Assembly (NCBI GenBank): GCA_963575745.1
Contig: CAUYUJ010000017.1
Span: 1 to 64,000 of the forward strand
DNA: 64,000 bases
Reading direction: 5' to 3'
Source: Prorocentrum cordatum
Lineage: Eukaryota
The position numbers were made by a program, and so were the translations under genes. The first letter of the stretch is position 1. Every line of letters begins with the position of its first letter. Under the pieces are notes generated by a model. It was not told where the DNA came from and searched no databases. It saw only the letters and a program-made list of their open reading frames with translations. Of the stretch, positions 1 through 12,702 are shown piece after piece.

Positions 1-387
1 CAGGGGCGGCGCCGGAGGCGCCGCCGGGGGGCCCCAGCGCCGATCCGAGAAATCTGCGCGGACCTCCGAGTTTTTATGTTGATGCCACTTCTCGTTCCCC
101 TAGCCTCCCCCGAAGTCTGCGCTCCCTGCGGAGCTCCATTCTCCTCCGCGTGGCCCGCTCGGGAGCTCGAGACCTCTGCTCCGAGAAAGCGTTGGCGCCT
201 CCCCTTTGACGCCTCCGCCGCCCTGCCGCCCTTCCCCTCCGCTGTAGCGGGCCCTGCGAGAGCCCACCCGCAGCTGCAGCACGGTGCAGCCGAAGCAGGG
301 GGCCACGGGGCCGCGCGTGCAGAGAGCCACGAGCCCCGTGGTCGCCGAGGGCCATGGGCCCCGTGGAGGCATGCAGAGACAACACTA

Positions 388-549
388 AAAGGGCCCTGGG
401 ACACACAAATAAATACACACAAATAAAAGGATTCCCCATATTTTCCCATATTTTCGGAGTTTCTGTCTTCCCCCCTACGTCGCACATTTTCCAATATCTT
501 CTGGGGAATCGCCGATTAATTGTGTCTGTGTGTTTCTTTCCCTCCTGAA
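388..549 (+). repeat. Family B dispersed repeat (~160 bp); copies about 3912-4077, 25590-25749, 40766-40926, 51002-51160, 58922-59088
   Basis: Shared GGGCCCTGGGACACACAAATAAATACAC...GGGGAATCGACGATT.ATTGTGTCTGTGTGTTT.TT.CCCTCC. Confidence 0.85.
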
Positions 550-2054
550 ACTCTTCAGGGCGGCGATGAGGGGGGAGGGACACTTCTGAGGAGAATGCTG
601 GAGGCCTCGCGCGGCAGCTTGAGGAGGGACACGAGCAATGACACAAACATAATAACTCGGGGGTCCGCGCGGATTTCTCGGATCGGCGCTGGAGCCGCCC
701 CTGGCGCGCTCCGCGCGCCAGGGAGGGGGGTCCAGCGATCCGAGAAATCCGCACGGACCTCCGAGTTTTTATGTTTACGTAATTTTTCGTCCCCCTAATC
801 ATGCTGGAGGCCTCGCGCGGCAACTTGAGACCCGAGTTACGTCGGATCCACGTCGGATGCACGTCGGGTTAACGTCGGACTACGTCGGAGTTGCGTCGGA
901 TTTACGTCGGACTGGCGCCGGAGCATCGCCGCGCGAGCGTCGACCCGTAGCTTGCGGAGCTGACTGATGGACTAGATAATACAACCATCACGCACCGCGC
1001 GAGGCCTCCAGGATTGGCGGATTTCCCTCCTAACCATAGGGGGGGACCCGCTCAGGGGGGGGGCGGAAACGTCGAGCTTGACTCGGCGATGCATCGCCGA
1101 CAGATCGCGGAACAGGCCCCCGATGGCGACACAGCGCACGGCCCTGGGCGGGGTGGGCCACGGGGCCCCATATATCGGCGATGCACGGGCGATCGGGGCG
1201 CATTCGCCCCCCGTCCTCGCTGGCCTCCGGGTCATAGCTCGGCTACCCAGCGGCCGCTCGGGACGATCCGATCCGGGCACACCCCTGTGGAACGCTCTCG
1301 GCGAGGAGCAGCGCTGCCGCAGCGCACCCCGAGGCTGGAGAACCGCCGAGAGCCGCCGGGCACGGCCGCGAAGCGGCGGCGGCCTGGCGGCCCCCCGAGA
1401 CGCTGTTTGCTGGCAGGCCGCGCGGTGGCCTCAGGACCCCGAAGGACCTCACCGCACGGTCCGTCGTCGCACGGCTGTGGGGCCCCGGATCAATGATCCT
1501 CAGAGCTTGTGCTTGGAGGCGCGGAGGAGGATACGGAGAAGGAGGAGGAGGCAGGGCGAGAAGGTCCGAGAAGGATGGGTCGCGTCCGGGAAGGGCGCCT
1601 CCCGTCAGCGGCCAGGAGGGCGGCTGGGGCCCGAGCCGGCTGTTAGCGCCCCCGCGTGCCTATTCACCCAAGCCCTCCAGTACGACGAAGGCGGTGCCGC
1701 GATGGCCGACGCGGGCCGAACGGGGTAAACAAAAGCCGTGGGCCCGCACACGTCCTGAGGACCGTCGGCCGGAGGCCCCAGGCGCCCGAGACGTCCCCGG
1801 AGCACGGCCCAGGTCCCCAGGCCCGTGCGGTGGCCCCAAACGCCATCCGACTCGCCACGCGGTTGAGTATCGTTTATCCGATCCCCATCCCCGGCGGCGT
1901 GGCCTGGGCCCCACTGGCCAGTCTACCCCCCCAGGTGGGGGTATAGGCCGTTCCCTTCGGGCTTCGAAAGGTGTATCCCCGACTGGGGGGGTAGTTTGCT
2001 GGGGGTCTCGAAGGGGATGGGGATGGGGATGGGGATCGTTGAAAGGATACTGCG

Positions 2055-2701
2055 AGGAGGAGGAGGAGGAGGAAGAGGAGGAGGCGGAGGAGGAGGAGGG
2101 AGGAGAGAGGAGGAGGAGGAGGAGGAGGAGGAGGAGGAGGAGGAGGAGGAGGAGGCAAGGAGGTAGGAGCAGGAGCGAGAGGAGGAGGAGGAGGAGGAGG
2201 AGGGAGGAGGAGGAGGAGGAGGGAGGAGGAGGAGGAGGAGGAGGGAGGAGGAGGTAGGAGGAGGAGGGAGGAGGAGGGGAGGGAGGAGGGGGCGGAGGAG
2301 GAGGAGGAGGAGAGGAGGAGGAGGAGGAGGAGGAGGAGGAGGAGGAGGAGGAGGAGGGAGTGGAGGAGGAGGATGGGGATCGGACAGACGATGCTGAGCG
2401 GAGTGGCAACCAGACTGCTCGAGGGAGGCCCTCGAGCGGCCGCCGGCGAGGCGCCTCCGCCAGCGCGGCGCTCCCCGAGGCCAGGGAGGCGCGCAGCCGT
2501 GCGCCCGCGGCCTCCGCGGGCGCGCCTTCCGCCGCGGCGCGCGCCGTCGTCGCGATCGTTGTCGTCGTCGCCGCCGCCGTCGCTGCCGTCGTCGTCGCTG
2601 CCGGCGTCGTCGCCGTCGCCGACGCTGGCGCTGGCGTCGCCGCCGCCCTCGTCGTCGTCGTCGCCGTCGTATTGTCGTCGTCGTATTGTCGTCGACGTCT
2701 T

Positions 2702-2793
<92 letters not shown>

Positions 2794-2905
2794 ATTGTCG
2801 TAGCACTCGTCGACGTCGTCGGTGTGGTCGCGTCGCCGTCGTCGGCGTCGCGCTCGTCACGGACGTCGTCATTGTCGCCATCGGCGTCAGGGTCCGCCGT
2901 CGTCG
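2055..2905. repeat. (GGA)n tract (2055-2370) followed by a (GTC)n tract (2545-2905)
   Basis: Directly visible trinucleotide repeats. Confidence 0.95.
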
Positions 2906-3579
2906 AGGTATTGTGGGGGGTGCCGAGGCCTCTGGCGTCTTATGAAAATCATGGCAGACGTCTTGTCAAAACCTTTCTCATACATCAAGACCGCTATGAC
3001 GCGATGCCAACGTTGGATATGCGACCATGGAGCAGGCTGTCCTGCAGCCTGCAGCGGGACCGTCATCACCCCTCTCCCCCTGGTGAAACGAAAACGTTGG
3101 CACGGACGAGGGGGGGAGCAGTGAAGGAGACAGAAACCAAACTTTACCCTGAACAAGCGCACCGGCCAACCTGCAACACGCGAGCCAGGGCTGAACCTAA
3201 ACAGTGTTTTTCGTTTTCTTGTTGTGTTCGTTTTCCCCCGCTTTGTCTCCAATCCGCCTTTAACGCAAAACGAAGTCGAAGCGAAAACGGCCCACGAAAT
3301 CGCCAAAACACCGTTTAGGTCCAGCCCTGACGCGGGCCAAGATGCGAATGCGCGCCTTGTCAACTTTGGGCCCCGGGCGCCGAAGTTGTGGCCCGGGGCC
3401 CGGCGCTCGTCAGAAGGCAGACCTCCGGTGGACAGAGCGGGCCGCTGCGAGGCGGCCCAGGCTGCCGGGGGCACACTTTCCCGAGGAGAGTGGGCGACGA
3501 GGCTCCCTTGAGGCCTGCGGCTCGTCGAGGAGGAGCCCCGCAGGCCCCCCGCGGGCCGTTCGCCCGATCGCTCCTGCTC

Positions 3580-3783
3580 CTAGGGGAACAGAAAGTGGCA
3601 TCAGCATAAAATCTCGGAGGTCCGCGCGGATTTCTCGGATCGGCGCTGGACCCCCCTCCCTGTCACGCGGAGCGCGCCAGGGGCGACGCCGGAGGCGCCG
3701 CCGGGGGGCCCCCGCGCCGATCCGAGAAGTCCGCGCGGACCTCCGAGTTTTTCTGTTTACCTATGCCACTTTTTGTTCCCCTA
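3580..3783. mobile_element. Family A hairpin MITE-like element (~200 bp); other copies about 1-105 (truncated), 625-797, 5248-5340 (half), 9525-9690, 15355-15470, 49745-49900, 50798-50958
   Basis: Long inverted arms AGGGGAACA.AAAGTGGCAT...CTCGGAGGTCCGCGCGGATTTCTCGGATCGGCGC around a conserved GC core. Multiple dispersed copies. Confidence 0.75.
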
Positions 3784-6714
3784 TCCTCCCCCGAAGTCTG
3801 CGCTCCCTGCGGAGCTCCACTGTCCTCCACGCGGCCCGCTCGGGAGACTTCTGCTCCGAGAGAACGTCGACGCCTCCCCTTGACGCCTCCGCCGCCCCGC
3901 CGCCCTTCACTGAAGGGGCCCTGGGACACACGACACAATATACACACAGATGAAAGGACTCCCCATATATTTTCCCACGCTTCCTGGGCCTCTGTCTTCC
4001 CCCCCGCTGCCCCTATCTTCCCCCTATTTCCTGGGGAGTCGACGATTCATTGTGTCTGTGTGTTTCTTCCCCTCCCGATGCGCCTCCGCTATAAGTAGCG
4101 GGCCCGCCGCCGTTCGGCCTCCGCCAGCGCCCCGCGGCCCGAACGCCACCTCCCAGGGTGGGCGGGGTGGCGCCGCAGGCGAGGGCCTCGCCGGGACGCC
4201 CTGCGTGGTCCGCCTCCTCGGCCCTCAGTCGCCGCCCCCCTCTCCTGGGATCCGACTCTCGCGCGGGAATGCTCTTTTGTCAGCGGCCGCAGGCGAGCGC
4301 GCCAGCGGCGGGTCCCGTCAAAGCGGGGCACGCAGCGACAAATTCACTTGAAGCAGCGGGGCGCAGCCTCACCAAAAGCGGCTCGGCGGAGCCTCACGCA
4401 GCACCTCAGCGGCGGACCGCCGAGTGGAGGGGGCTGGCCGAAACTGAGTCGCAACCGCGCGGGAAGAAATACAGCCTCCTGCAACAACCCACAAGAAGAA
4501 CCACGACCATCACGACCAGAAGCCGTGGGCCCCATACCTATCTGCAGCATGCTCCTCGAGCCAGATACTCGTCGGTCGGAAGAAGTGGGTAAACACATAG
4601 AATGTAGGAGCTCGGACAACGTGGGTTGGGTCCAGGCCCCCCCAGAGAACAACAAGACACAGCAAAAGCGTGCCGATTCTTGAAGTAGGAGGGCGCTTGA
4701 AGTATATTGGGATCTGGGAAGGCGTCTGTGCCCGGGGCTCCTGGGGCCCGACGTGCGGGGCGAAGAAGCTCGCCCAGCGTGCAGACCGGAGAGTGCGACG
4801 CCCGAAGCTCCGGGGTTCCCCCCGTGGAGAGGCAGCTTGTGCAGTCGGCCCGCACAGGAAGGACGGACGATGATGACACACTACTGCTCAGTCTTACGCC
4901 GCGGCGCGTGGACGCATGCGATGCCGACCTACGGAAAGTGCCCAATCAGATCTGCTGTAAACGCCAGTGCGAATGTCCATCTGGAAGGGCCTTGGAAGGC
5001 CACGTCGACACTTCGCGAGCGGGGCGCGGCCAGCGAACACGGCCAAGGATGGGCCGCAGGGGAAGGATGCAAAGGGTGACCTCGGAAAGTGGCACATCCT
5101 TACTATAGGCGGGTTGACCGCAGACTCGGGCAGGCTCGCTCGAATGGAGCGGGGAGCGGGGAGCGCGGAGAGGCGCGGAAGGAGCTCTGGGCTTCACGCA
5201 GGGCGGGACTCACTTGCACGCCTTCGTTCGGCCCAGAGCCTTATGCCAGGGGAACAACAAGTGGCATAAACATAAAAACTCGGAGGTCCGCGCGGATTTC
5301 TCGGATCGGCGCTGGACCCCCCTCCCTGGCGCGCGGGCCCAGGATCTTGAACGCGCCAAGGGCCCTGGGCTATCAACGCGGTTGCACGGCTTTCTGCCGG
5401 ACGCCCCCCCGCCCGGCTCGTGTTCATCATCCTCATCTTCGTCCCCCTCAGCGGCATGCTCACCAAGCTCTTGCAGGCGCTGGGCGTGCCTGGCGTGGCG
5501 CACGAGGTGATCAACAGGCCGCTGGCGGCGGCGCCTGCTTCGGCCGCTCTGCTGGCGGGGTAGATGCCAGACGACCTCGACATCCTGAGGCGAAACGCGG
5601 CGTCGCACCCAGTTACCAAACTCGACCACGTCACGACCGCTCCACGTGTTCGCCGCCGCGTGCAGAGCTTTCGGAGGCTTGGCGCGCGGCCTTTCCCATA
5701 GCTCCAGACGGTGCTCGCTCTGCTAGAGCTGGCGCCGACGCCTCGTGGCTGCAGCTCGAGGACCCCACCACCGCAACCATGCTCTTATCCGGCATGGGCC
5801 TCTTCGGTTCGACTGCGGCGACAGGGTGGCCGGGGGCGAGCCCGCGGGGGTCTCGGGCGAGTTCAGGAGTCTTCACCGTGGGGTCCCAAACCTTCACGGT
5901 GAAAGGGGCGGTTGGGGCTGGTCCCGCGCTCGACGACTTCGACGACGACATGCTGTCCGTGCACGACGACGCCTGCCACAACACGGGGCCACATGGTTAT
6001 CGGGAACCCCCGCCGGCAACGGCTTGGCAACCACGAGCGGCGCGTGCAGTCTCGTGGCCCCTCGTCCTCGCTCCAGGCATGCACCATGCTCTCAAACACG
6101 TGACGATCAACACTCGGATGTGCACGATGCGGATTGCAAGCCCATGTGATGCTTTGATCCTTCCTGTTCACGCGATTCGCGGTCCGCCGGCTACCTCATC
6201 AAGAAGCGCAGGGCTTTCGGCGTGTGCGCGTGCGTGGTTGATGGTGGCACGATTAAACCTATTCAAAATGCTGCCCGCGGGCTCCTGCAACGTTAACGCT
6301 CATCCACCTCCTCCTCCTCCTCCTCCTCCTCCTCCTCCTCCTCCTCCTCCTACCCCCTCCTCCTCCCCCCCTCTCCTCCCCACCCAGCCGCCTCCACAAT
6401 TACACAATACGAAAATACTCTCCCACTTCCCATGATGGCGTCCCGAAGATATCCGACCCCCCCCCGCGTACTGTTTTTTACACACAAGATTCCCGGGAAA
6501 CGGGTTTTCGCCTGCGTTGTTTTTCAAGATGCTGCTCTCGCTGAGGCGCCGGCCTCATTTCTGCTCCCGAATCGTTCCGAATCGTGCTCCCGCTGCAGCG
6601 TGGGCCTCATTTTCGGATCGGTGTTTGGCCTCCGTCGTTCAGGATGGCGTTCTCGCCCCAGCGCGGGCCTCTTTCTCGCGCGACCATCCGCCCGCCACCA
6701 CCGCGCCGCACCAC

Positions 6715-6903
6715 GACCACCACCACCACCACCACCACCACCACCACCTCCACCACCACCACCACCACCAGCACCAGCACCAGCACCAGCACCAGCACCA
6801 GCACCAGCACCAGCACCAGCACCAGCACCAGCACCAGCACCAGCACCAGCACCACCAGCACCAGCACCAGCACCAGCACCAGCACCAGCACCAGCACCAG
6901 CAC
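6715..6903. repeat. (CAC)n/(CAGCAC)n microsatellite
   Basis: Directly visible. Confidence 0.95.
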
Positions 6904-8343
6904 AATCACGCACACACGCAAGCACGCACGCACGCGCAACACCACCCACTACGCACGCGCGCGCGGAGCCACAGGTCCGCTACGACACGCGTCCGCGGAT
7001 AGAGAAAATCAGCGCCATGGTAAGGGATGGGAGGGAGGGGTAGGACGTCAGATATGACGCGAGCGCACCTAGCTTGCCCTTCTCCCCCTCCCCCCCTCCC
7101 ACTCCTCTGGCGACGGTGACAAACACACGAACGAACGAACGAACGAACGAACAAACAACCAAACTAAAACAGACAGACGGAGGAGAAAGCGCGCCTCCGC
7201 CGCTCGTGGCGCCCTGGTCGCCAAGCCGGCGCAGGAGCTCCCCGAGCAGCTCCTGTGGGCACGGCGGCGCTCGCCACGCGGCGCTTTTGGGCGGCGAGCT
7301 TGCGGGGGAGGCGCGAGCTGCGGGCCGGGAGCCCGCGCAGAGCCTTCGGGGGACCCCCCCTCGGGAGCGGCCAAGAGGGGGGCGTCCAAGAGGGGGGGGT
7401 GCAAATCATGAGCGGTGGCATGTGCGCGGCCCAGCGGGGGGGCCAGGGACGTAATGAAATAAGAAGAGGCGCCATGAAAGCTGGGGAAGCATCATGGCCC
7501 CCGCCATGATAGCCCCCCCCCCTAGTCATCACCCCCCTCTTTTCCGCCCCCGACCCCCCTGGCAACGAGGCTGCCTACCGGGATCGGCAGGACAACCGGC
7601 ACACCTCTGCTGAGCTCCCTGGGCCCTGGCGCTCTTGCGGGGGCCCGCGCGCCGCCTGGCGGATGGCCTCGCGGGGGCAGCCGCGCCAGCGGCGGGGCGA
7701 CGCGCCTCGCGCGCCCACTGGGGGGGGGGGGGGGGGGCACGAGTCGGCGGCGAGCCCGGGGGGAAGTGAGACGGGGCGCGAGACAGGCCCCAGTCCTCTC
7801 TCCGTCGCCAGGCGGGCCCCGTGCTTAAGCCAGCTCGGAGTGAAAGCGCCAGCGCTTGCTCCTCCACCTTCTCTGACGTTGCTCGGACACTTGCTTGAGC
7901 GATCGCTGCGCCTGTGTGGCGTGAGGGGGAAAAAACAGAGGGCCCCGGGCCTCCCGAGAGATGTGCGAAGCCGTCCCCGAAGGCGCGGGGCACCCCATCG
8001 GAAGGCCGGGAGGGCTCCCGGGGAGCCCTGCCGAAGGTCTGAGCAGGCCCGCGCCTGCTCGCCGCCCCCCCCCCCCCCCCACAGGGCGGCACGCTGGCGA
8101 GGGGTGCGGGCGCCCTGCCCAGACCTCCTCGCACGGCGGACAGGCCAGGAACCCAGACTCATGGACCAGAAAAGAGACCCTGAGCCTTAAGGCTTAGGGG
8201 TTCTCTCAAGACGTAGACGTAAGCCTTAAGCCTAGACCAGGTCAGCCCTACAGATCAGCCTTAAGCCCTTATCTGAGGGGGTCCCTCCCCTAAGCCTGAA
8301 GGCTTAGGGCTTAATTAGGGGCTTCGTTAAGCCTAAGCCTTAA

Positions 8344-8395
8344 GACATAGACGTATGCCCTCTCCCAAATTTGGGAGAGGGCATACGTCTATGTC
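8344..8395. repeat. Perfect 52-bp palindrome next to a TAAGCC(T)-rich block (8183-8343)
   Basis: GACATAGACGTATGCCCTCTCCCAAA|TTTGGGAGAGGGCATACGTCTATGTC. Confidence 0.95.
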
Positions 8396-11300
8396 GGGCA
8401 TGCCCCCCTACAGGAGGATTTGGGGCGAGAAATAAGGGACACCAAACATGTTCAGGAGGATTTGGGGCGAAAAAAAGAGACACCAAAAATGTTCAGCGGG
8501 ATTTGGGGCGAAAAAACGAGACACCAGAAATGTTCAAGCATAGTCAGAAGCAATCGGCAGATCGTCCCCAGACTATTTTGTCTACTGTCTTGGAATACTC
8601 CTCCTGTAGCGGGGCACGCCCAACTCGAGACCAAAAGCTGGGAGGGCCACGGACATCAGGGAGAAAAGGCTCTTGCCTGCAGATGTACGGCAGGTTCGTG
8701 TCGTGACGACCCCGGCGTTGGTTTCTGACACTGCGTGAATCGTTCAACCTTGAACGATCGGCGGCTTTTCGACCGCCCGACCGTTCCATATAAGCCGATT
8801 CTGGGCCACTGGCGGCGTTCAACCTTGAACGCCCTCGGCGGGGTCGCCGCCGGTCGACACGACGCGAACCTACCGTACCGAACCACAACGCCCTGATTTT
8901 TGTTTGCAGTCCGAGCCCTGCTGGCGACCAGTGGGCGACCAGGGGGCCGACTGCGAGCGCCCGTCCGCCCCTGTCGCTGCCCTTGACAATGTGTCCCCGC
9001 CCGGGCGCGCCGTCCCTGCCTCCTCCTCCTCCTCCTCCTCCTCTTCCTCCTCCTCCCATCCTCCTATCCTCCTATCCTCCTATCCTCCCTCCTGCGTTCA
9101 CCGGTGCATCGGCGATGCAACGGCAGCGTCGGCGATGCATCGGCGCCGTCGGCGCGAAGAAAAAATCGGGCTCCACGTCGAGCCGCATCGCCGATGCGTC
9201 GGCGATGCGTCGCGACCCTCCGGCCCCATCGGCTCGGGCCCCATCTGGGAGGCCCAGGCGTGCGCAGCCCGAAGCCTAGACGTGCGCAAGCCTGTTCGGT
9301 CGTACCGAAACCCGAAGGGTGTTGCCCAGAGTTGCCCTTGGTTGTCTTGCTTGCCCGTACAACGACAGGCAATACCAAGCAATACCAAGCATCGCCAAGC
9401 ATCGTTAAGCAATTCCAAGCAATGCCAGGCAGCGCCAAGCAATGCAAAGCAATGCAACACAGCGCGAGGCAATGCCCGGCGGCGCCAAGCAATGCCAGGC
9501 AATTCGAATAGAAGGGAAACTAATACCATAAACATACTTTTCGCGCACCGCGTGGATTTCTTGCATCTGCGCAGGACCCCACTTCCTGGCGCGCGGAGCG
9601 CGCCAGGGGCGGCGCCAGAGGCGCCGCCGGGGGGGGCCAACGCAAATCCAAGAAACCCGCGTGGAGCGCCAAGAGTTTACGTTCATGGAGTTTTTTCTTC
9701 TGCGATCATAGCAACCTTACCCATCGGTCGGAAGAAGCAGGTAGAAGCATGAAGTAGGAAGGCGTTGGAAGTAGATTGGGTTTCCGCCCGCCTCCTGACG
9801 AGGAGGGAAGAGGGAAAACCACTCGGCGCTTGAGGTAGGAAGGCGGCGAAAGTAGATTGGGAACTGGGAATTCACAAACACTTCCTTTCAACGACCGATG
9901 GGTACCCCCCTCCCGAGCGCGTCCACGTGCACGGCGCACGAGTGCAGATCGCTGGTGCCGACGGGCGCGTCGTACATGCCCGGCGCCTGGCCGCGCCGAG
10001 GCGGCTTCGCGCGGGAGCGGCGCGGCGCGCCAGCGGGGCGCATGGGCTTAAAAGGGACCGCCCGTCCACACAGAACCTTCCACGAGAAAACCAGCCTGGA
10101 GACCCCAGGACGTCCATTGTTTCTGTTGCTGTGGGAGCGTCACGCGCTCCATCGCAAGAACCATCGAAGCCCAGGGAACCCAGGGCACCCATGAGGCAAG
10201 CAGGGTGTTTCTTGGCATGGTTTTCCACTTGAAACCCTATACCACCGTGGAGGCCGGCCAGGCCCCGGGGGCGTAGCGGTGAGAGCAGCTGGTGAAGACA
10301 GGACGCGACTTTTGTATGCTTCCCAGAGATCCGACGCTCCATAGAAATGGGAGCGGGCAGCTTTCAGCCGTTTTCGGCCTCTGGAGGCCCTCGCAGGGCC
10401 TCGGGAGCGTCAAAAAAGGACTAAGGACGAAAGCCCGCCCAAGGGAAGTGGTCCGGACCTCCCGAGCCCACGCATTGAAAAAATTGGAGCAGCCCGATGT
10501 CTGAGTTAGAAACCTCCTAGATGGGGTCCGAATCTATATATATATATATATACACACACATATATACACATAAATATTTATACACGGTTGGAGGATCGCG
10601 CCGCATCGGCGATACATGGGGCGATGCATCGGCGATGCATGCATCGGCGACGCGGCGCGATCCCCCGACCCCATCTGCTCGGACCCCACTTGGGAGGCCT
10701 GAAACACTACCCCCACAAACAAGCTGGTCCGGCACACGACCGTGGAGCGGGGTTTGTCTACAAGAATGGCACCCTCTGGGGTCACGATGCTTACACAGTA
10801 TCAACAGGCTAGTCTGGCACGAGGCATGCAGGTAGGGGCGGTTGCCACACATCGGCCCCCGATGAGAGCATCCCGAGGCTGGAAAACCGCCCAGGTTAGA
10901 AGAAGTCCCTCGAAAACCCCGAATCTCGAACCGCCGTCGCCAGACCCAAAAGACGACAAGGGCGTTCTCGTCCCATTTCGGGCCTGGAGAGCCTCACAGA
11001 TCGATCCGGCTCGAAGACTGCCGCGGCACGACGGGGTCCGGGATTCCTGTCGCGATGGTTTGCGATGTTTTGCGATGTTGTTTGCAGTGGCGGGTCGCTG
11101 GTGAGAGGCGTGAGGAACGGCGGCACGTGCGCTGGGAGCTGACGGTTGACTTGGCGGCTGACTTCGGCTGCGCGGGGGTTGGGGGTTGGGGATTGGGGCG
11201 ATGGAGGGGGGAGGGGGATGCAGAGAGAGGAAGTTGAGAGCAATACGGTCATGGGATGCACAGAAAAGTACTAATACTATTTGTCCTCCGTGGAGGCGCG

Positions 11301-11451
11301 CGTCCGACCCGAGCATATAGTACACCCATCTTGTAGTACATCCTTCCTCGAGCGGTGTGGCCAGGAAGCGCCCGCCACGACGCATATGCCAGAAGATTTC
11401 TCGGTGCGCGCATCGCCCCTGGGGGGGCGATGCACACACAGTAGTAGTCTG

Positions 11452-11578
11452 GCCATCGCTCGGACGTCCATTCCCTGTTTTTTTCGGTTTCGTGCATGGT
11501 TTTTTCGCCAAATGATCAAGGATGCTCCTCGATGGTCCTCGCCACAGGAAAAATGCACACGTCCGAGCGATGCCAAGT
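11452..11578. mobile_element. Family G ~125-bp MITE with 14-bp TIR CATCGCTCGGACGT; second copy about 39128-39257
   Basis: Two near-identical copies with CATCGCTCGGACGT ... ACGTCCGAGCGATG termini. Confidence 0.75.
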
Positions 11579-12149
11579 AGTATGTTTGGGTGACGGCGGG
11601 GCCAGGAACTTTTGCACAGCGTGCCGCCGCAGCGGCCCTGGCGACACGCTGTGCCCTGCAGGCGGGTCGCGTGTCGCACCGCCTCGCGGGGGCGGGAGAA
11701 GCGGACAAGAGGGTCCGGACGTGGAAGCCGAGGGGCCAGGACGTGGACAGCGTGTCGCATCGAAGCGTGGCGGTCCAGCCCTGGCGGAGCGACACGCTGT
11801 CCAAAGATTCCCGACCGCAGCGAGCTGGAGCCAGCGCTGGTCAGGGGCAGTGCTCAGGAGAGGGGTTGAGGCAGGAGGAGCAGTAATCAACGGTGGGCGT
11901 CAGCGGTGGATCGTCGGCGAATGGCTTCTCCCTCGCCGTTCCTCTCTTCCTCTACCTCTTTCTCTCCCTCCCCCTCCCCCCCGAAAAAGGACGCTCTGAG
12001 CCCAGCATTTCCTCGAATATGTGACGAGATCGCTTGTCCGCTCTCCGTGTCGGAAGTGTCGCAAAAGGGAGGCGTGGGAGGAGGAGAAGGATGGCGACGA
12101 CGACGAGGGGGGAGGACGGAGGGGAGGGAAGAGGCAGCAGAGAGAGGGA

Positions 12150-12702
12150 TGAGGGATGGGGAGGAGGAGGAAGAGGAAGAGACGGGGGAGGGGGAGACGG
12201 AGGAGGAAGCGAGGGAGAAGAGGAGGGAGGAGGGACGGAGGGAGGAGCGACGCGGAAGGAGAGAGGATGCGGGTGTTTGGTAGCAGCGGCTCCCAGGTCC
12301 AGGGGGGAAACGGGCTCGCCGCCGCCGCACTGCGAGGCCGGAGCGCCGCCGCTTCCTCTCCTCCTCCTCCTCCTCCTCCTCCTCCTCCTCCTCCTCCTCC
12401 TCCTCCTCCCCCCTTCCTCCTCCCCCTCCTCCTACTCCTCCTCCTCCTCCTCCTCCTCCTCCTCCTCTTCCTCCTCCCTCCTCGTCCCCTCCTCCTCCTC
12501 CTGCTCCTCCTCCTCCTGCTCCTCCTCCTCCTCCTCCTGCTTCGTCCTCCTCCTCGTCCTCCTCCTCCTCGTCCTCCTCTCTCCCTCCTCCTCCGCCTCC
12601 TCAGGGCTCACTCCCTCCTCCTCCTCCTCCTCCTCCTTCTCCTCCTCCTCCTCTTCCTCCTCCTCCATCTCCTCCTTCTCCTCCTCCTCCTCCTCCTCCT
12701 TC
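12150..12702. repeat. GGA-rich then (CCT)n homopurine/homopyrimidine tracts; similar tracts at 14390-14535, 16990-17130, 23610-24125, 29560-29830, 35850-36080, 37085-37310, 39430-39525, 39935-40342, 47805-48283
   Basis: Directly visible. Confidence 0.95.

Noticed and set aside
8183..8343. Telomere-like TTAGGG motifs
   Set aside because: Isolated occurrences within a TAAGCC-rich repeat, not a tandem TTTAGGG or TTAGGG tract.
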